Under the pieces are notes generated by a model. That model searched no databases. It saw only the letters and a list, made by a program, of their open reading frames with translations, and had not been told where the DNA came from. From positions 1-22,135 of the forward strand of contig JAQGDQ010001222.1 of NCBI GenBank assembly GCA_030141605.1: 22,135 bases of DNA, in the 5' to 3' direction. The stretch's first letter is position 1. Each line of letters begins with the position of its first letter. Both the position numbers and the translations under genes were made by a program. Of this stretch, positions 9,708 to 20,683 are shown in pieces. This stretch comes from Tubiluchus corallicola (Eukaryota; Animalia; Priapulida).

Positions 9708-10234
9708 ATCAGCATTGCACAACTTTGGCTGTTAAGCACACACTGTGACCTTTCGGCTTTTCACCTCAGTTCTACATAATATTGAAGATGATTTGTGCAA
9801 TTCTTTTACATATTAATACATGATATTGAACATGATTTGTGCATTTCTTTTACATATTAATACATGATATTGAACATGATTTGTGCAATTCTTTTACATA
9901 ATAATACATGATATTGAACATGATTTGTGCAATCTTTTACATATTAATACATGATATTGAACATGATTTGTGCAATTCTTTTACATGTTAATACATAATA
10001 TTGAACATGACTTGTGCATTTCTTTTACATATTAATACACAATATTGAACATGATTTGTGCAATTCTTTTACATATTAATACATGATACTGAACATGATT
10101 TGTGTAATTCTTTTACATATTAATACATGATATTGACGATGATTTGCGCAATTATTTTGCGTATTAATACATAATATTGAACATGATTTGTGCAATTCTT
10201 TTACATTAATACATTATAACTTATGGCAGCACTG
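9708..10234 (-). repeat. Right inverted arm: unique inner segment, ~10 x 44-bp repeat and terminus
   Basis: ATCAGCATTGCAC...GTTAAGCACACACTGTGACCTTTCGGCTTTTCACCTCAGT, then units of CATGATATTGAACATGATTTGTGCAATTCTTTTACATATTAATA, ending in TTATGGCAGCACTG. Confidence 0.9.
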
Positions 10235-10306
10235 CTGATAATAAAAAGTCATGGGTTCTCCTTATGTTTTCAAAAAAAGTTATGAACGAAATAACTGATG
10301 TTAAAA

Positions 10307-11062
10307 GGTGTTCCACAGAGAAGAGGCCCAAGAAAAAACTAGATTCATGAGCAACCACATTCTCCACTACTCTTACTTTTTTGTAGGGTGTTCCACAGAG
10401 AAAAGGCCCGGGAAAAAACTGGATTTATGAGCAACCACATTCTCCACTACTCTTACTTTTTGGTCGGGTGTTCCACAGAGAAGAAGCCCAGGGAAAAACT
10501 AGATTTATGAGCAACCGCATTCTCTACTACTCTTACTTTTTTGTAAGGTGTTCCACAGAGAAGAGGCCATGGAAAAAAACTACATTCATGAGCAACCACA
10601 CTCTCCACTACTCTTACTTTTTGGTAGGTTGTTCCACAGAGAAGAGGCCCGGGGAAAAACTGGATTCATGAGCAACCACATTCTCCACTACTCTTACTTT
10701 TTGGTAGGGTGTTCCACAGAGAAGAAGCCCAGGGAAAAACTAGATTTATGAGCAACCGCATTCTCTACTACTCTTACTTTTTGGTGGGGTGTTCCACAGA
10801 GAAGAAGCCCGGGGAAAAACTAGATTTATGAGCAACCGCATTCTCTACTACTCTTACTTTTTGGTAGGTTGTTCCACAGAGAAGAGGCCCGGGGGAAAAC
10901 TGGATTTATGAGTAAACACATTCTCCACTACTCTTACTTTTTGGTGGGGTGTTCCACAGAGAAGAAGCCCGGGGAAAAACTGGATTCATGAGCAACCACA
11001 TTCTCCACTACTCTTACTTTTTGGTAGGGTGTTCCACAGAGAAGAGGCCCGGGGAAAAAACT
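10307..11062. repeat. Minisatellite, ~9.4 x 80 bp
   Basis: GTTCCACAGAG recurs at 10310, 10390, 10470, 10550, 10631, 10711, 10791, 10871, 10951 and 11031. Confidence 0.95.
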
Positions 11063-11069
11063 CACTTAC

Positions 11070-11203
11070 TTTCTCGCCACCTTTGCGCTCTTCAACCAAA
11101 GTCTGTTAATCGCAGCACCGACGTCCGAATTGTCCACTTCCTCCTTCAGCTGCAGAATGGTTCGATGGAGGTTCAAAATCGGCTCTTGGGTCCTGAACGA
11201 GGC
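11070..11203 (-). CDS. ATR: ATR exon (ASFRTQEPILNLHRTIL...LWLKSAKVAR[K])
   Basis: ttgcag acceptor and gtaagt donor; 134 nt, phase 0->2. Confidence 0.92.
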
Positions 11204-11404
11204 CTGCAAGAGCGAGGAAGATAAGTTGCAAAAACACACGTGTACGTGTGACACACATTCAACTTTTTTCAATCTACACGGCATTGATCACGGCGACGGA
11301 ACGACTTCACGTTGTAATTAAAGCAAAAGAAAATACTAAGCTAAAAAATACGTATCGAAATTTTGTATCACCTACATGCTGTCTTATTGCATACCGAGCT
11401 TGTG

Positions 11405-11670
11405 TTAGCAGTAACACTGTATAAAACTTATAAATTTAACCTCCCGCCATGACCGTTATAGATGCAAACATTTTAATAGTAAGTCGTTTGAAACAAGTTC
11501 AGATAACGTCGCATAAATTTCGAAAAAATGATCACTTCGCTAACAAAGCAAGTTTAAATTACTTTATATGGTAACGAGTTCAATAACGTGTTTTTCTGGT
11601 GAACCACCGGTGCACGCTGGGATAGTGAAACGGTGATATTTTTTCCAGCCGGCGCAAACATTCTAAGTTA
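11405..11670. repeat. Old dispersed repeat, copy 1 (diverged direct copy at ~12402-12685)
   Basis: Shared blocks GCAGTAAC.CTGTATAAAAC, ATGACCGTTA, TTTGAAACAAGTT and GGTGCAC occur in the same order. Confidence 0.65.
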
Positions 11671-11674
11671 TTAA

Positions 11675-12135
11675 CCCTTTCATACCCGTTGTATCCCATG
11701 GGATACGAGAATATTCTCTGCCATTAAAATTAATAAAATTTTAAAACTGAGAGTTATTTGATCTGTTAATAGTTATTTTGATTTAAGCCAATAACAAGAG
11801 ACTAAAAATGGTGATAAAATGACAAACTAAAAAATCTACATAGCATAAAAAACTGCGCAAGGTACAGTACTTTAGAGACGACTTTGTACAGATCAGCATA
11901 GCATGCATACTAAATGTCTTAAATACTTTAAAAAGTTATCAGCAATTGCAAAATGAAGCACATTTTATGCTTCCATTGAATCCCAATGTATCCCGTGGGA
12001 TACAGGCTATATTTAGCACACGGGCGCAGGTAGAAAAAAAATAATTTTTAAGTGTAAACAAGATGGGCATACTGAACAAAAGTACCAAGCCAAAAAATGT
12101 TTTCTCATTAAAAACATAATTTGGGACTGTAGGGG
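11675..12135. mobile_element. piggyBac-type MITE, copy 1
   Basis: TTAA on both sides (11671-74, 12136-39), CCC...GGG termini with imperfect TIRs, and a near-identical copy at 19854-20312. Confidence 0.88.
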
Positions 12136-12401
12136 TTAAGATTATATAATTGTTAAACAATTTTCTTTTTCAGTTAAATAAGTCTTCTAACAGTCTTTCT
12201 AAAACGTAACGCAAAATAACACAACTTTGTGTGAAACATTTGTTTTTGTGTTTCTTCTCCTTTAACTGAAACATTGTAGAACAAAATCGACTAGTGAACT
12301 TATTCAAAGCACAAGAAAATCCTCCACTTAGATAAGGTTTACAAATGCATCTTGACATTTTATACCATTTACATACTGCATTTTTGTGTGCAGGGCTTGC
12401 A

Positions 12402-12685
12402 TTGGCAGTAACGCTGTATAAAACGTGTAAATTTAAGCTCCCGTGATGACCGTTACACGCAGCCATTTCGACGTTAAGTCATTTGAAACAAGTTTAGACA
12501 ACGCTGAGTAAACTTTGAAAAATAATCAGAGCATTCGTAGTGCACGTGTCACAAACTAAATCAAATTTTAAATTACTGTATTTTGTCAATAGAATAAAGA
12601 TACTTTTTTTTGGTTAGTGAGTGGTGCACCCCGGAGGGTGAGTCAGCAACATTTTACCAATTTGCACGACCATTTTAAATTATTA
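12402..12685. repeat. Old dispersed repeat, copy 2
   Basis: Collinear, diverged match to 11405-11670. Confidence 0.6.
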
Positions 12686-13162
12686 TTTCTAGCTACATAA
12701 GCCTTTCTAGGAGGTAAGCGAAATGCTAAGCAATACAGATTTGCATGGAAAGTTTTTTGAGACCTAATTTAACATTGCATTTTGTTCCACTGATTTACAT
12801 TTGTATAAGTGACGTCACGTAACGGCGCCGTCGGAACAGTATTGTGGGAGATTTCAATTTTAAACAAACAAAAATTCCTTACAACGCTAATACGATACAT
12901 GCATAAAACTGCTATAAAGTTTAAGGCAAATTTTTTTCCCCAATAACTAGAATAAAATAAGTGCCCAAGTAAAAATGCACAAAACTATTTATAGTTTCAA
13001 AAAGTACTTGAAAAGGACCATTTTTGATTCATACTTATAATACAATTTTAATGGTTCCATGTCTCATGCAGTTGCAATATATGGCCTCCAATCAATTATA
13101 ATGCTATTTTAATATAGCTCTATGTAAATTAAACATACACTGTGGTCGTTTCTTCTCCTCTT

Positions 13163-13333
13163 TTCCTTCTTCCTATCCCTAATCTTACTATTTTTCCATT
13201 CCATCATGTCTACTAACCCTAACCATTCTTTCATTCACTCATCCTCCCCTCCCTTCCTTCTTCCTATCCCTAATCTTACTATTTTTCCATTCCATCATGT
13301 CTACTAACCCTAACCATTCTTTCATTCACTCAT
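13163..13333. repeat. 80-bp direct duplication (13163-13242 and 13254-13333)
   Basis: TTCCTTCTTCCTATCCCTAATC...TTCATTCACTCAT is present twice, offset by 91 bp. Confidence 0.9.
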
Positions 13334-13339
13334 TTCTGC

Positions 13340-13518
13340 CACCTTAACAAGCCAAGCTTTCAAGGTGTCATACAGCAACTCTTTTATTTGCTTAATTTGA
13401 CTTCATCAACGTTTTTTTTACCTATACTGTTTCTTTTTGTTTCAATAATATTGTATGTTGATGTATTGTATATGTATTGCTGGAGTGAAATAAATTGATT
13501 GATTGATTGATTGATTGA
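13340..13518 (+). mobile_element. Possible 3' end of a non-LTR retrotransposon
   Basis: T-rich tract, then AATAAA (13489-94) immediately followed by (TTGA)6, typical of LINE microsatellite tails. No ORF seen and the 5' boundary is uncertain. Confidence 0.4.
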
Positions 13519-13606
13519 AGGCGATTTTTCTAAAACCTACTTCAGGTGCCCTTTTTCTTGTCCTTTAAATTGGCAAAGAAAGAAAACTGACAGAGGAAAT
13601 CGTTAC

Positions 13607-13724
13607 CTGTGTTAGTTGAAGGCGGTTATTCCAATCGTTCAGCAGCTTGTCCAGAGACTTGTTGCACTTCTCATGATACAGTAAACTTTGTACTCCCTGG
13701 TCCAACTCGTGTAACATGTGTAAC
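13607..13724 (-). CDS. ATR: ATR exon ([R]LHMLHELDQG...WNNRLQLTQ)
   Basis: ttctag acceptor and gtaacg donor; 118 nt, phase 2->0. Confidence 0.92.
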
Positions 13725-13741
13725 CTAGAAAAGTGAATGAC

Positions 13742-13815
13742 GTCTAGACATCGGTTAAGTAGCATTTAGTGGCGAGATGTAAACGTCTAGACAGGCATTA
13801 AGCAGCACTCAGTAA
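13742..13815. repeat. Two degenerate units of the 43-bp repeat family seen at 15656-16124
   Basis: GTCTAGACATCGGTTAAGTAGCATTTAGTGGCGAGATGTAAAC followed by GTCTAGACAGGCATTAAGCAGCACTCAGTAAC. Confidence 0.8.
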
Positions 13816-13931
13816 CAGGGTTACATAGGTAAAGTTTCACGGGATAAAATTCACTAGTGACTTTTGAAAAGAAGACGAATTAATTACATATTGGTAGAAA
13901 CAGTCAGCAAAACTGTAATTAACATAATTAT

Positions 13932-14876
<945 letters not shown>

Positions 14877-14910
14877 TTTTCAAACCAAATAAAAAAAATT
14901 TCTCCATAAA

Positions 14911-15325
14911 CCCACATCACTCCACATTCACATCACACCACACTCCACATCACATCACACCACACTCCACATTCACCTCCACATGCCACACCACACCACA
15001 CGATATCACATCCACCACACCAGACCACACGATGACGACGAAGACGACGCCAACAGCACGACATCGTCATCATCATTATCAACCGCATCACCATGTGATG
15101 TAGTAGATTTGGTGTGGTGTGGTGGCTGTGGTATGGTGTGATTGGTGTGGTGGGTATGGCATGGTATGGGTGGCATAGTGTGGTGTAATGTGGGTGTTGC
15201 GGTGTAAATGACGTGGTGTGGGCAATGAGGTAAAGTGGTATGGTAAGGGCGGTGTGTTGTTTGTGGTGTTGGTGCAGCGTGGTGGATGTGGTGTGGTGTG
15301 GTGTGGGTGGCAAATGTGGTGTAGT
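14911..15325. repeat. Degenerate (CACCA)n followed by its complement (TGGTG)n
   Basis: The C/A-rich pentamer tract switches to a G/T-rich pentamer tract near 15093. Confidence 0.8.
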
Positions 15326-15533
15326 TTGTCACTGTGAGTTTATGTGCAAAATTTTTTTGCGGGGCCTTCTCAGAACAAGGTGTATAAGTTTTGCAAAATG
15401 GAGTCAAAACGGCTATTTTGGAGGAATTTTGTCCCCTCTCCAGTTCCTCCCGGTAGACCTTACACTCGACACGGGGAATATTCCAAGACGTTATGCGGGG
15501 TCATTAACAAGCGCAGTCGACAAGAGAACGCAC

Positions 15534-15649
15534 CTGATAATGTACTCATAACCACGTTGATACGATCCACCTTCCATGCTCGCAGCTGACAATGGCCCCA
15601 TTTGATTGTTTCGCACGATGGCTAGCTGAGAAGCGAATGACTCGTAATC
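15534..15649 (-). CDS. ATR: ATR exon (DYESFASQLAIVRNNQMGPLSAASMEGGSYQRGYEYII[R])
   Basis: ctttag acceptor and gtgcgt donor; 116 nt, phase 0->2. Not in the supplied ORF track. Confidence 0.93.
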
Positions 15650-15655
15650 CTAAAG

Positions 15656-16124
15656 AAAAGTCTAGACATGCGTTATGTTGCATTTAGAAACAAGATCTAA
15701 AAGTCTAGACATGCGTTAAGTAGTATTTAGTTACGAGATCTAAGTCTAGACATGCGTTACGCAGCACCTAGTTACGAGATCTAAAAGTCTAGACATGCGT
15801 TAAGCAGCACTTAGTTACGAGATCTAAAAGTCTAGACATGCGTTACTTAGTAACGAGATCTAAAAGTCTAGACATGCGTTAAGCAGCACTTAGTTACGAG
15901 ATCTAAAAGTCTAGACATGCGTTAAGCAGCACTTAGTAACGAGATCTAAAAGTCTAGACATGCGTTAAGCAGCACTTAGTAACGAGATCTAAAAGTCTAG
16001 ACATGCGTTAAGCAGCACTTAGTAACGAGATCTAAAAGTCTAGACATGCATTAAGCAGCACTTAGTAACGAGATCTAAAAGTCTAGACATGCATTAAGCA
16101 GCATTTAGTAACGAGATCTAAAAG
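15656..16124. repeat. Minisatellite, ~11 x 43 bp
   Basis: Unit AAAAGTCTAGACATGCGTTAAGCAGCACTTAGTAACGAGATCT. Confidence 0.95.
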
Positions 16125-16377
16125 TACACTAATGTACAAAGTATGAAGAATTGATAAATCCTTATACTTAAAAATAATTACAAATAGATATAAAACTAAA
16201 TTTGAATAAGACGATAATTAAATTTATTTACCACAAATCCCTAATTTGTAATAATGCCACGTGGCAGTGGAATTTCATTTACCACTTTCAGTGGCTTCCG
16301 AATGCGCAGCATCATTGCAAAAAAAAAACAGACAAAAATTCTCCTCTTCGTAACAGAAAACGTCGACGTATCCTTAC

Positions 16378-16531
16378 CCTGTCCCGAGCAAAAAGCAAGG
16401 CCCGGCCGATGCCCACTGCCCAGTCTTGCGAGGACGACTCCGGATGCAGGTACGTTTCCAGGCTTTCCCACTTTCCCAGTTTCCACGCGGCTTCCACCTG
16501 ATACGGCAGGATGGCATTCTTCCACTCTGGT
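16378..16531 (-). CDS. ATR: ATR exon ([R]PEWKNAILPYQVEAAWKLGKW...ALLFARDR)
   Basis: ttacag acceptor and gtaagg donor; 154 nt, phase 2->0. Confidence 0.93.
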
Positions 16532-16857
16532 CTGTAACAAACAATAACAACGAACAATAACAACAAACCGTTTGAACAATTATTTCTGTACTACTACGCC
16601 CACCGTTAAACGGGCAACGCAACCATCATCAGCACCGCCTCCGATCAGTTGCCGTTCTCCAGAAATAAGAGGTATAAGTTTTGCAAAAAACGGCGGAGTT
16701 TTGGACTTTCTTTGGAGTTTCTCACCCCTCCCCATTCCTGACGGAGAGCTTGACTCAAAAAATAAACCCCCAATGGCACAACACTAGATCAACACCTTCC
16801 GTTTGACAAATACATTGCAGGAAATGATGCCGGAGCTGTAGCCTCGAATCTTATATA

Positions 16858-16937
<80 letters not shown>

Positions 16938-16987
16938 CACAAACACAAACACACACACACATATGTATATGTATATAAGTATATATG

Positions 16988-17019
<32 letters not shown>

Positions 17020-17035
17020 TGCGTGTGTGTGTATG
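16858..17035. repeat. (AC)n - (TA) - (GT)n/(GCGT)n dinucleotide microsatellite
   Basis: Directly visible. Confidence 0.95.
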
Positions 17036-17398
17036 TTTGTACGTTTGTTCCTGCACGGTACCCTAGATAATTTTGTGAACAGTCAAATTTTCGTTTTAGT
17101 GCAGTCTTTTATTTCAAATACCAAGCAGTTTAAATGGTATTAACTTTGTTACTCTTGTTACACAGTAATGCTGAAATTTATTGCAACATTCTTGTACATT
17201 GTGGTCACCATTGTTCTGCATCTGTCTAGAGTTTCGCTTCCACTAGGGGAGAATATATATCAGTTGTAAAACTGTCTGTTTCAAACCTGGTCTGATGTTA
17301 CATCTTGAATAACTTATGTTCAAACCAAATGGCTGTATACAAGTGAATTTTCTAGACTGTAAGTAAGATTAAGTAAGCAACTTAATACTTAACAATAC

Positions 17399-17552
17399 CT
17401 CTGCGTAAGTAGTCCATTCACGTACAGCAATGCACTGCCCGGTTGGCTGAGCTTCAAGAATGACCGCGCGATGCCCTGGTGGTGTCGGACGTCGTCCGGC
17501 TGCTGCTGAATGGCTCTCTCGTAGCAAGCCCGGGACGAGTCTTGAGAATGAC
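17399..17552 (-). CDS. ATR: ATR exon ([G]HSQDSSRACYERAIQQQPDD...YVNGLLTQ[R])
   Basis: ttgcag acceptor and gtattg donor; 154 nt, phase 1->2. Not in the supplied ORF track. Confidence 0.92.
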
Positions 17553-17906
17553 CTGCAAGCACACGCAAGAAACGGAATACATCAGAAGAAAGAACAGGAA
17601 AAAGTTACACAATGCTGAGCCTGGCGGAGAAATGAATGGGTGGCTAAAAATCGCCGTCGGGGGGTTTCATCGGTCATCTTAGATGTTTACATCATCGAAA
17701 GAAAACCTGGAAAATATGTGTACAACCAAATGTGGCTAAGCCACCTCGGCTGGTTCAGTAACTCCTTGATAATGAAACACCGGTCCTACGACATGATCTA
17801 CGTTAAGCAGGCTCCGAAACTGAGTCTGCTGGCCGCCATTCAAAGTGCAAGTTTGCCGAGTGCCAAACTGGAATAAAAACATAATTAAATTATTCCTACG
17901 TAGCAA

Positions 17907-18074
17907 GTTTGACGGTCAACGTGTACAAATGGGCAAAAAAGCTTAACTGTAGCGGCCGAAACGTTTGACAGTCAACGTGTACAAATGGGCAGAAAAGCTT
18001 AACTGTAGCGGCCGAAACGTTTGACAGTCAACGTGTACAAAAGGGCAGAAAAGCTTAACTGTAGCGGCCGAAAC
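17907..18074. repeat. Tandem repeat, 3 x 56 bp
   Basis: Unit GTTTGACAGTCAACGTGTACAAATGGGCAGAAAAGCTTAACTGTAGCGGCCGAAAC at 17907, 17963 and 18019. Confidence 0.93.
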
Positions 18075-19171
18075 TCGACTCTCAAGTTCCTCCTGACGAC
18101 TCCAGAAACTTGTATTTGTTTGTTTTTTTGTCTTCCTTACTCCCTTCATAACATATTCCTTGAAAAATATTATAACTATACGTATACAAAATTTCTCTCC
18201 ATTAATACAAACTATTTTATGATTATAATTAAACTCCTGCAAAAATGAGAATATAATCATCTCTCAAAAAACTAAAACTATAATACCTACTCCCATGACC
18301 TTCTTTCTCCAAACTGTTTTTTTAGCGCTATCCTGTCCTTACTGACCTACCTAACCTTTCCTTTTTCACGTTCATTACATAATTCTTTTCCCTCTAGTAT
18401 AAACTACGTATACTAACAAATGTCAGGTGCCACTTGCTGGTCGGCCGCTACTTTGCGATATGTTGTTGGCATCCTTCTGTCTTGGAAGACAATGGAGTGT
18501 GTGCCAAGAGAGTATTCAGGGCGCACGCCTGGGTAAGGTATATGGAGATCCTGAGTTGCCCAAACAACAGGAACCCCATCTCTTCCTCCCTGTTGTAGTC
18601 TAAAGGAAAGCGGAGCGATACATTTGGCACCAGGTTGGCTGCAGGAGCTGCCGGAGTCAGTGAGCATGCTGCACTGGTCCGTCTTCGGGGCTCCACTCCT
18701 GATTTGGAAGGTTTACTCCTCTACACATGGCCGTTGGGTCACTTGACCTCCTCTGCCTCTAGCCGTTAGCTGCTTGTGCAGCTCCTCCGCCTAGTGTCGA
18801 GATACAGTGTGAGCATCCCGCAAGTCATACTGAAGTTTGCGATATACTTCAGTGCAACCTAAAGACATGTGCTCGCACTCAGCATAACCTCTGTGGTTAT
18901 CGCATTTCTAGGACTAATTTTTACATTGGTTTTCATAAACAACAATTAATGACCATGAATTAATAACTTTTCTCAACGTGGCCTTCCATAGCTTCCAAAG
19001 CAACTGTATTAAGTCCATACAAAAATGTATAATAATAATGATGATTTGGTTGTTTTCCTAAGCAGTAAATCAATGAAGATAGTGGTTTTTAAAAAAAAAC
19101 TATGAATATGCAATACTCAGTATATAATACTGTTTTATTTACTACGGTGCTTTATATGAAAACCCATAGAA

Positions 19172-19671
19172 CAGGGGTGTGCAAATTATCTGACTAGCCA
19201 GGCCACATTAAACTTTCCCGCAATTCCTGCGGGCCACAGGCAGTTTAATCAAGGAGCCAAGTACAGAAAGGCCTAATAACGATTTTTTTGCATCATACCT
19301 GCGTACATCATTACTACTACACTCAAGAAACTATTTTAGAAGTTATTAAAATTTATATTACAAACCATATATTTCTACTTTCAGGACAGATAGTGGTAAT
19401 TTCATTACAATGCATATTAGTAATGTGTATCATACAGTCTGTGTAGTACAGTGACATTAAGCTACAACCGTCTTGTAAGGGTTAATGGCATCCGATCTAG
19501 TAGAAAAAACTACCCGCACTATCTTTGGGATCGTGGCACGGACTTCAGCTGGATACACTCAATTAATCGCCCGGGCCGCACTTTCATTAGGTTGATAAAT
19601 CTCTTCGCGGGCTGCACAAATTCTCTCGGCAGGCCGTAAGTAGCCCGTGGGCCGCAATTTGCACACCCCTG
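19172..19671. mobile_element. hAT (Charlie/Buster-type) MITE, 500 bp
   Basis: Perfect 16-bp TIR CAGGGGTGTGCAAATT/AATTTGCACACCCCTG. 8-bp TSD CCATAGAA/CCGTAGAA (7/8, central TA). Subterminal GGGCCG/GGCCAC motifs. Confidence 0.92.
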
Positions 19672-19853
19672 CCGTAGAACATGTGCTTGTGGTGTGTTAG
19701 AGAAATGTGCTACAAGTGTTTGTAATAATAATGTTTTTTTGCCGTTGTTTGCTCATTACAGACTTTTTTAAAACAAATTTTAATTTCATTATTAATTTGA
19801 CTAACTTAATATTAATTCCGTCAATTTAATAGTAATTATTGCTTAACTGTTAA

Positions 19854-20312
19854 CCCTTTCATACCCGTTGTATCCGGTGGGATACGAGAATATTTTCTGC
19901 CTTTAAAATTAATAAAATTTTAAAACTGACAGTTATTTGATCTGTTAATAGTTATTTTGATTTAAGCCAATAACAACAGACTAAAAATGGTGATAAAATG
20001 GCAAACTAGAAAATCTACATAGCATAAAAAACTGCGCAAGGTACAGTACTTTAGAGAAGACTTTGTACAGATCAGCATAGCATGCATACTAAATGTCTTA
20101 AATAGTTTAAAAAATTATCAGCAGTTGCAAAATGAGGCACATTTTATGCTTCCATTGAATCCCAATGTATCTCGTGGGATACAGGCTATATTTAGCACGC
20201 GGGCACAGGTAGAAAAAAATAATTATTATGTGTAAACAAGATGGACATACTGAACAAAAGTACCAAGCCAAGAATTTTTTTCTTATTAAAAAGTAATTTG
20301 GGACTGAAAGGG
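19854..20312. mobile_element. piggyBac-type MITE, copy 2
   Basis: TTAA TSDs (19850-53, 20313-16) and TIR CCCTTTCATACCC/GGGACTGAAAGGG (11/13). Same orientation as copy 1. Confidence 0.9.
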
Positions 20313-20395
20313 TTAATGACGATTAGTTTTAGTCTGTTCTCAGTCATTTTTTTTGCAAGAAACAGATTACGTCAGATGGAAAAGCTTAACTGTAC

Positions 20396-20501
20396 CTAGA
20401 CAGTCCTGTGCCAGGATCTGCATGTCCACCGTGGATTCGCTTCTCACCGTGCTCATCACTCCCGCCACACTGTCCGAGTCATCCAGCGCCACGTAGATTC
20501 T
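20396..20501 (-). CDS. ATR: ATR exon (RIYVALDDSDSVAGVMSTVRSESTVDMQILAQDCL[G])
   Basis: tattag acceptor and gtacag donor; 106 nt, phase 0->1. Not in the supplied ORF track. Confidence 0.88.
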
Positions 20502-20683
20502 CTAATATTTAAGAATACTTTAGCGCATATTTAACATGGACTAAATGCATTTTCACTATGTTCATCGTCGGGAAATTACTTTTAAAAGTTTTCCGACACA
20601 TTGCGTTGCTAATTATACATTTTTAAAATATTTCAATCGCAATACTTATCTACTGGTTTTAAACACTGACTGGTTTAAAATAT

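Larger units (their letters stand above)
5911..10234. mobile_element. Non-autonomous foldback/long-TIR DNA element carrying a BTB gene cassette
   Basis: 5911-6243 is a diverged reverse complement of 9708-~10210: a 44-bp tandem array plus a ~65-bp unique inner segment on each side. The right end finishes ...TGGCAGCACTG (CAGTGCTGCCA terminus). No transposase ORF. The left terminus is missing. Confidence 0.75.

Noticed and set aside
10468-11224. Plus-strand ORFs in the 80-bp array
   Set aside because: Translations of tandem repeats and of the antisense strand of an ATR exon.
14933-15407. His/Thr/Pro-rich ORFs
   Set aside because: Derived from degenerate pentamer repeats in an intron.
18421-18925. 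Possible solo LTR (TGT...ACA)
   Set aside because: No target-site duplication and no similarity to the LTR at 1-404.
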